Assembly: GCA_965153455.1 (NCBI GenBank)
Contig: OZ234493.1
Location: 3,596,001-3,660,000 of the forward strand
Source: Sphagnum compactum
Lineage: Eukaryota
Direction of reading: 5' to 3'
Length of the DNA: 64,000 nt
In this document: positions 54,541 to 64,000 of the stretch, in pieces
Layout: the number at the start of each line of letters is the position of its first letter
Numbering within the stretch: position 1 is the first letter of the stretch
Program-made: the position numbers and the translations under genes
The notes under the pieces: model-generated
The model's input: only the letters and a program-made list of their open reading frames with translations
Told to the model about the DNA's origin: nothing
Database searches by the model: none

Positions 54541-57500
54541 AAGCAGAAAGCAACTGCCTAAACTGATTGATGTGTGCAGACGAGCATTTCAGAATGAAAT
54601 CTTCAAACTTAAAAATGTAAGATCCTTCCAGTATAAAGTGAATCTTACGTTTTTAAGGTTTGCTCCAAATACAGTGAAATTTCTGGCAGTACTTTATGAT
54701 TCATCATAAACTTTGTGTCCGCATGTTTAGGCTCATTGTAACCTTTGTCTCATGCTTTAGGATGAGTAAAGCCCATGGGTGTTGAAAATTCCCTACATGC
54801 AGGGCTTTAGGGTTGAATTTTTCTTTTTCCTCATATACCATAACCGTGGAAGGAAATTGTTGTTATTTCATTAGTCAAGGGGCACACCTTCAAGGTGACA
54901 CTGAGGAGAGGGCCCTTGTTTGTTCCAGGTCATTTAAGGACCAAAGTTGGACAAACCTTCTTGGTCTTCAAGTAAGTGTTAACTTCCACTCTTTTTTATT
55001 AGCATCTGTTTATGAGAATGTGAATCACATATTAGGTGGTCTTCCAATTTGTTGTTAACAACCTTCAAATTCTTAGTTACACAACTAGGAATTCGATGCA
55101 ATCTCATAAATGTGTTACATGATCTCCATCAAACTTTTTTTCTTTTTTTTGTGTTGACGGTGTTCCTTCATGTCATGTTTATGTACTCTTTTTAAGGTTT
55201 ACAGAGTTTTTAATGTCCTAATCAATTTGCCTCTATTGGTTCTTGACTTGTTCAAATTGTGATCAATCTCTGATTAGCGATAGATGTTCTTAATCTTTTG
55301 CTCATCATACAAGAAGATGGTTTAGAAGTGAAGGCAGATCACAGACCACCACTGGTTCTTACCCATCTCTCCTCCTTTTGCCTATCCAACTCTTGCATCA
55401 AAATTCCAACATGGAAATGGTTTGCATTTCAAGTCCAAAAGTGAGAATAGGGCGTGGAAATGTAAAAAATGGTACTCAATTTCTTTGTCTTTATTTCTTT
55501 CTTTTGGGGGTATGTTTAAGTACTTTCCAAGAAAAAGAAAACCAAGACATGGTCTTAATGCTCTTGAATCTATGTAAACACTTTCCCATTTACAAAGGGG
55601 AAAAAATCAAGCATCCTCCTGTTGGAGTAAAGTGGATTAATTCTAATTTAATTATTAGTTGTAGAAAGGGTTACATATGCGACACCGTGTAATAATCATT
55701 TTAAAGATAAAAATGCAAGGCAACATACGAATGTTATATCTTTAGGTTTATGTGTTATTTGGGACTATACACTAGTGAATTAGAAGTGGTATTAGATACA
55801 TAATAATGATTTTCAAAATGATCAATTTGTATTTATTTTAAAAACCCATGTGATCTGGAAACTTATTATGTAATAATTAATTAATGCATCATTTTTCTAT
55901 CATGAAATAGTTTGAAATCATGAACTGTGTTGTCAAAAGTGTACCAAGCGACAGTTTTTTTGTGTGAAATTTCACCAAAATGTGAAACTAAGGATGGGGA
56001 GCAAATCATATAACATAAACAAAAAGTTTGCAAAAAACTTGATTTGATTTAAGATTCCAAATTTTGTGCAATGAAATTCCAAATTCATTGTTTCACCTAG
56101 CAATGGTGAGATCTCCTTGAGAGCACACAATCCCCCCCTCCCCCCCCCCCCAATCAATAGCAAATCACACCTTCTCCCCTTCATATCAATCATCGATTGC
56201 AAAGGACTACCATCTTCCGTTTTTTTTTCACAACCTTATTCTCTCATCAAAGCTCTTTTTGTTGCCAATGTTTTCATTGGAGGTGTAGATTCCGTTGCAA
56301 GTAATTCACCTTCCTTCATAAGTGTGTTGCAACATTTTTCATCACAACAAATTCTAAATGGGCGGAGGGTAGCAACCGGCATTTGATCTATGTGGATATG
56401 GCAAGATCTTCATATGGAAACTCTATTGAACGTTTTGAAGGCGCTTGATTTTAATGTCTTGAACACCTCAAAGTCCCACTAGATTCTTACATTTTAACAG
56501 GAGTATGTTGCAGGATGTTGATGTAATTGGAAGTGGACATTGAAATGGTTTAAATTGAAAGCAAATACAAGGGTGCAAGTGCAATACAAAGGCAAGGTGC
56601 ATTATTTTTTTGCTTGCATTATTTTTTGCTTTAGGTGTGTGAGCATACACTAGACGCCTATTGAGACATTTAACAATTAATATGGAACGAAAGGTTCACC
56701 AATGTTAGGTGCACTAATGAATCTCAAGCCAATGTTACAAATGAGTGTGACAATCGCATAACAGTTCAAACATAAGTTGTATCTAGCGTGTAACACGACA
56801 TTTCATAGGTCTATGGATTCCATGTGTTTCCTTTCTAATGCATTATTGTGTGTATACCAAAGGTTGATATTCGTACAATAAGCTGCACAACTTATATTTT
56901 TTGCACACCATTTCAAATAAAATGGAAGTGACATCCCATGGATGATAGCTGGATCACAATTGAAAGTTTTTCTAAACAATGAAAATGGAGAACATTTTGA
57001 ACTCATTTCACATACATCCATGGAATTTGAGCTTTGCATTGTTTTGCACTACCAATGACAATCAATTGACATATGGTCAAAATATGAATATATTTAAATT
57101 TTATTTTTACAAAATATTTATAAAAAATAGTTGCCATACATTGATAATTCAAGATTATATAAATTGTCCATGAAATCATTTCCATTTCCATTAATTCTAG
57201 ACTATGATATTTAATTTTCACCTACTAAGACCTTAAGATTTATGGCACCCGTGATATTTTTGGTGCCCTTTGTTGCTTTCAAAAAAAAATTGGGCAGTTT
57301 TAATGTCTCCCAATGTTCTCAACAACCCTTGGTCCAAAAAAATATAAAATATAAAAAAAAAATTACCCTAATGCCTACAACATTCCATGTGTACTTTTTG
57401 GTGCCCTTGGTGTCTTTTCACATTGTATACATGGCTTTCAACCCTCAACTTTTTTTGTCCCCTATTGCTCAAAAAACAATTCATGTTCAACCTAGTGCAC

Positions 57501-59748
57501 TTTGTGTTTTTAACATGCCTTTTTGACACCCATGTTAAATTGTTTGTTGTCATTTCATCATTTCTTCTCAAAATTCACGTGTGTTTGTTGTTCCCTATCT
57601 TTCATCATCCTTGATGTTGTTTGAATGTATTTTTGTTGTTGACAAAACTTAGGTCATCCCTAAACTAGAACATCCCACCAATCTGAACTTTTACTAAAGA
57701 TGTCCAAATTTGGGAATGTTTATTATATTAATAGCCCATCAAAAATTTGGAAATGTTAGATGAGTCAAGTTTTTACTAATTTTAAAAGAGGCCAAAAATG
57801 AAGGGAAAAATACATTTTATCGATTCAAAAGAAAAAAAATTAAATTAAATCGCCCATTCCAAAGAAAGGGTGATTTAAAGGGGTAAAATAAAATGTCCAC
57901 CTCCAAATCATGTGTGAAGGTGATCTAAAAGGATTGCTCGATACCACTTCTCATTGTTTAAAATGAGTTTATTAAATTTAACTAATTTCATAAACAAAAC
58001 ATTGATAAAAATAATATAGACTTGTCAACTTTGATGGATATTTTATTTTCAATGTTGAATTGAATATGTTTCTCTTTTTTATTTAAGAGGTGTCCACTAA
58101 AATATTACCCAAAAAAAATTAAGTTGAAATTTAACCTTTCTTGTGTTTTATATATGATTTAATTAATAAAATATGAGTAATGTAAACATACTATAATTTT
58201 AAATTTTTATTTTAAATATTAATATATTGAAATTATCACAATAAAAATGATAAAAAAAATTCAACAATCATTTTTTTCATTTTTTATTTTAAATATAACT
58301 CAAAATTTATTGTCATGTAAATTTAATGTTATCACTTGTTGGAGTTATGAACAATATGAAAATTAATCAATATCAAATCCATTAAAAATATATATGGCTA
58401 TAGAACGTGGTTTACTGGTCTTGAATACACCAATATACTGACGTTTTTTTTTTTGTGCGAAATTTTGCATCATTGTAAAAGACATAATTGGGAAGGGAAT
58501 ATTTTGTAATAAGAATTTTTTGGAAAACAATTACCCAAAAAAATCATTTTGGGTCAATGTAACTAGATTTCTATTCCTTACTACTATAAGTAATCAAAGT
58601 ATAAAAAAGGTTTTTTAATAAGTTCTTGGAAGAGGTTGTTAATTATTGTTAAATCACTCTTGGGATGTTCATGAATGACCATATAACAAAAGATTGGAAG
58701 AAATTTAAAAATTTGACCAAAAGGTGTTGTTATTATCATATGAAACAAAATGTTCAAATTTACGACATCTACACCAATTTGCAATCATGATGTGAAGGTC
58801 AAGAAATTCAATTATAATTTAATATTCATATTTGAAAATATTAATAATGTATTCTGTATTCTGTAATATGTTTTTAAACCTAAAAGTGTAATTGTTCAAT
58901 GACAACAAATGCACTTGAATGTGAGTCATGCATTCTTAAATGTGCAAAAAGGAATTTCGAAGTTTTCAAGACCTTGGTGTGATACATAGCAATAATGGAT
59001 TGAGAGACACATGATTTATGATTAACATGCAATTGATTTAACTAAAATATTAAATATTTGAATAATGTAAAATTTGAAATCAAAAATCAAACTTTGAATG
59101 TGTTTCAACCACATAAAAATGGGGAAAATATTATTAAAGAGTACAAAATTGTTGTGATCAATTTCCAATGTTTTTAAAGTTTTGCCCATCTCAATTTGCA
59201 CCCAATTTACAAACATTAGTGTATTATTCGCAAACTAGATCACTTATTTTTATTCTTCCTTTTTTTCTACCATCTTTTTTTTCCTTTTTTCCTTTTTACA
59301 ATGTTTTTACACTAACAAATCATTCATCCTCTCATGCATTTAATTCAATTAACAACACACACATTAAAAGATAGTTATAACCCATGCATCATATTCATGG
59401 GATGTGAAAAGCATTAATTTAATAGATTCATAATATTTTCAAAGTTGTTTAAATAGATTTGATTAATGTAATACAAATGAAGTCTTGACACATGTTTGTA
59501 AAATAATTGATGAAATTTGAATATTTTGTGTCAAGAATAAAATATTTTTGTATATTTCCAAAAATATGTATTTTCCTTCACAAATTTTTTTTGAAAAAAT
59601 AAAATTGAAAACTACAAGATTTTTATAGATAATATAATTAATGTCAAAAATGCCAAGAAAATATGTTAATATAATATAATATAAATATAAATATGACATT
59701 CATGTATGATAAGCTATACAATATCAAGATGGATTACTAGTATAAAAT

Positions 59749-60880
59749 GGGGTGTAGTTCATTGGCCTAAACCACTATAGGATTTTAAAAATGAAATAGG
59801 TTCATTTCACTTTAGTGATTTCACCTTGATTAAAGTTATTTCACTATAGGATCAATATTTAAACATCATGTTTCATTATTCATTGACACAATTCACTATT
59901 ATAATTTATTATAGTAAATAAGTTTATTTTTATGTTATTGTTTCAAATACCCTAGGCTACTTTAAGTTCTACTCTATGTTATTTTAGACTACCTTAGTTA
60001 TTTTAACTTATACCCTTAGTTATACCCTAAAATATTACAGATTATTCTATTTTAAGGTACCTTAACTTATTATAGGCTTTTTATTTTAAGTTGTTTTAAA
60101 TTAAATTATTTAATTAACCCTAGGTTATATCTTAAATTATTTTATTTCAAATTATATATGTTATTTCAAGTTATACCTTAGGCTATTCAAAGTCATTTTA
60201 CTTTATGTTATATAAGTGATTTTGTCCTAAGGTATAATAATTTAAAATAACCTAAAATAAAATATAATAGATTAAAAATAACATATAAAAAATTGCATAT
60301 AATAATTTAAGGTGGATTAACTTAGGGTTGAATAATCTAAAATAACCAACAATGGCATATGGTAGAATAACCAATAATACTTTAAAATAACTTGTAATAA
60401 AATAACTTATAATAATCAATAATAATTTGTGGTATAATGATGTAAAGTAACCAATAACAACTTACAATAAAAACCCAATAATACCATAAGGTAAAATAAT
60501 TAAAAAATAACAAAAAATAACCTGGAATAATCAAGAATAACTTAATAATATAATAACCAATAATAACCTATGATAGAATATCCAATAATAATTTATGGCG
60601 AATAACATTAAATAGCAAAAAATAATAATTTATAATAGAAATTTTAAAAATAACATATGGTAAATGGCCTAAAATAACCAACAATAACCTACAATAGAAT
60701 AACCAATAATAACTTACGATAAATATTTTAAAATAACCAAAAATAGCCTATGGCAAATAACCTAAAATAATTAAGAATAACAATATAATAGTTAATGATA
60801 GATTAAGGTAAAATAGTTTAAAATAGTCAACAATAGCCTACAATAAAATAGCCAATAATATATTTATGGTAAAATTACAT
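59749..60880. mobile_element. Foldback-like non-autonomous DNA element, copy B
   Basis: Begins GGGGTGTAGTTCA (reverse complement of the copy A terminus), ~170 bp unique subterminal block, then TAGGTTATT-like modules to ~60230 that switch to AATAACCTA/AATAACCAATA-like modules to ~60880. Right terminus not seen. Confidence 0.65.
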
Positions 60881-63800
60881 CTTTTCACATTATGCATTAT
60901 TTGTTTCATCTTGTTTAAATAGTTTGACAATTTTGTAGCTTTTTCTTTTTTGTTTTGAAAAATAAATACCTCTGTCATTTAAAGCATGCTTGTAGAGGTA
61001 TAAATAATTTTTTAGCTTATGGCTTGTGCTATATAGTAATGATGTGATGTGATGCATAAATCTTAATCTAATTATCAAAACATATATTAAACTAATATTT
61101 TAGCCAAAAACATATATATGAAGAACATTAAGGAGAATATTACATCCTTGTTTTTTTGGTTCATTAAATCTTTCAATAATTCTTTTCACATAATGCACAC
61201 ATAATGACGTGAATACCATTTGTTATGTAACACCTTAAGCGAGTGCAAAACACAATGAAAGAAAAAAAAAATGTGTGTGAACCCAAACCTAGAAAACTCA
61301 TGACAAAAACTTTCCATCCAAAATCACAATTTATTTGAGAAAAACATAATTTTAAACAATTTTATTATCTTCATTCTATGATCAACCTTTATTCTTGTTT
61401 TGCATTCAAAACACATAACTTTTGATGGATCATTAAAAAAAAATCATAACATGTTTTCACTTTTCTCCTTCTTGCCTTTTGTGCATGTAATCCCCATATT
61501 ATATTTACATAATTGCAAGAAATCACACAAATTCATACAATTTATGATCTATGAAACAAAAAAGAAGTGAATAAGAAACTAAATACCACGATAGTATCAC
61601 GTTGATTCCATCATGGATGTTTCCACATGCTAAATTGGGATTCTTTAAAGTGCAATTTGAATCAATGTTCAATAACATGAATCAAGGTGCCAAACATCAT
61701 GCCAATTGTCATGCTCATAGTCAAATTCAAATAGTTTTTAGAAATTAATTTTTCAAATAAAATAATCCATTTGTTCCATCAAGGCAATGGTCCATAATTT
61801 GTTCAATTTACAAGTGTGCACAATAACTAGGAAATTATGTTGTTTAAGATATGACACATGTTGAATGATCAAACATTAATTTTTCTACATAACTTGATAT
61901 TTTAATATTCTTTAAGGAGTGAAAATATTTTTAACTTTCCATGTTTGTGTTGGTTTTTAGTTTATGAATGAGTACTATAATTATCAAATAATTCATCACA
62001 TACATCCAATGCTTCTATATTTTTCTTCCATCTCAAAAAAATTTAATATTATGTTTGCACCTTTTCTTTTCTCAAACAATTCCCAATAACTACCTGTTAA
62101 GTTCAATATTGGATTTTTAATGCCAAGGCTCTAAGTTACAACTATTTTGAAAAATGATTTGAGTTTCTTTAAAAGCTTTGCATTCATTCACATGTTAGAA
62201 TTTGTTCCCCCCCCCCCCCCCCCCCCAAGGTTTAATATTAAATGTTTCATCAATCATTATTGGGGTTTAACATCAAATTTCATATTGATCAATTGGGGAA
62301 TTAATACTAGATTTACCATAAACATCCCATCTAAGAGGCAATATTTGTGACAACAATTTCCATTCCACAAAAACTTGAGTTTTATATTATATTTCCCATT
62401 AAGCAACACATGGATTTATTAATCTCAAATCATTTTCATTTTCTATTTAAATGTGCATACAAAATAGTTATAAAACATGTTTTTCCATTCTTGACAAAGA
62501 AAAACCAATCAACACATCTACTTTAACACATATCACATTTATAATTGTTGGGTGTATTTATAATCAAACAAGCCACCTAAGGGGGTGGACACTATTTTAA
62601 ATTGCAATTCTATATTTGTGAAAAATCACAACTAGGGGTTAAATCATTAGGCTTGTCCATTTCAATTTCAAAATTTTGAACTTTCACATTTAATTTTTGA
62701 ATAATCACACATGTTCAGTGATATTTATAATTTGGTTTACTAATTTTTTGACTAATATCATAAAGGGAATCCACATTGGATGCATAGTTTGCAAACTATC
62801 ATATTCTAAAACTTTTAACAAGTCTAATTTAACCTGCACTTTTCATATGCCACTTTTGAGCCAACTAATGAAAATTTTATTTAAATCGATCAATATATTC
62901 TTCTAAACTAACTTATTGATCTAAACTAACTTATTGAAGAGTTTATACATCCCAAAAGACTACAACTAATATGTTAAGATCATTTGACTTAAACTTGGTG
63001 CATGATCCATAGCTCACTTCAAACATCTTTGTTCATATAATATTGCTAGTAACTACTCATGCTTTTAACATACTTCTAGTCCCTTTTTTATATTTTGCAT
63101 AATACATTTGGGGTATTATTAAACCATTAAGTATATTTGTGAAACCCAAAAAACTACCAATGTATGACCTCTGCCTAATTTCTACACAAGCCTCCTTTCC
63201 CAAATATACATCTTGAAGCTCATGTTAATAATCTATTTCAATGATGATCAAATGCACCTACTCATACATCAATACGAAATTGAAAAACACACCAATTCTA
63301 GTCATGACAACATAATCTCAAGATATTAAAAAGTTGTAGTTATAGTTGAACTAAAGTTGCTAACCAATACTTAAAATGGTGGTGCCAATTTCACTAAGGA
63401 AAAATTTTATTGGATTTGAAAACAAATTTTGGAGCTTGAAATTGGGATTCATATCAACCTTTGAAAGGAAAGTTTGAATTAATATATATGTGAACAACTA
63501 GAAGATCCAAGCAAACACCCTGTGAGACTCTTGTGTGTTCTTGGTTTACAAGTGTCAAAGCTTGAAGAATTTTTTTTGTATTGTTGAATGTCAAATCAAT
63601 TCAGGCATGTCTAATGTAACAATGCCTTTGGCTTTAGGTTTGATTGTGTTTAGCTAAATACAAGTGTTATTGGAGTCGCAAGAATCAAAATTGCTATAAA
63701 ACTCTTTTTAAAACTCACTACATATAGGCGTTGGTTGTGGTTTTCAACAAACAAATTCCAAATTACAAACAACATTTTCATGTATTTAGTTAATTTTGGA

Positions 63801-64000
63801 AATTTGAAAAAACAAGAATTAATAATTAATCATTTGAAAATTAAAAATAAACTTTGATTTGGGGGTCACCGAATGATGCAATGTCATAGATATTAATAAT
63901 GTTATGGTTCAAATTTAATAAAAAATTTGATCATAACCACCAAGTTAAAAAAATGTCCAAAATTAACAACACAACTTGTAAGCAAAAAAATTCAAATTAA

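Noticed and set aside
55000..64000. Possible transposase relics in the AT-rich distal region
   Set aside because: Manual translation of sampled stretches gave frequent stops and no diagnostic transposase/RT motif. A BLASTX/HMMER search against TE proteins would be needed.

Overview
Eukaryotic land-plant genomic DNA, most consistent with a bryophyte (a moss, possibly Sphagnum; this is inferred from protein similarity, many short GT-AG introns and repeat content). Five intact multi-exon genes, all on the + strand, were assembled by hand from splice sites and reading frame: cytosolic Cu/Zn superoxide dismutase (2452-4978), a GT47/exostosin-family glycosyltransferase (6882-9847), a PP4 regulatory subunit 3 / SMEK / PSY2L gene (25556-38354, 25 coding exons), 40S ribosomal protein S15a/uS8 (43032-44260) and a GSK3/SHAGGY-like kinase (49981-53217). 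Intergenic DNA (about 1-1.9 kb, 10.5-23.7 kb, 44.7-47.9 kb, 54-64 kb) is AT-rich and full of non-autonomous transposon relics. These include one intact Tourist-like MITE with TIRs and TTA target-site duplication, two copies of a modular foldback element, a long-TIR element and a small hairpin element found downstream of three genes. The most unusual region is 40.2-41.8 kb: a putative unannotated transcription unit (telo-box repeats, spliced 73-aa ORF, structured intron) followed by a ~1 kb minisatellite whose units each resemble a complete mini-intron joined at YAG|GT junctions. No rRNA, tRNA, CRISPR or prokaryotic system was found, and most ORFs in the supplied track are spurious.
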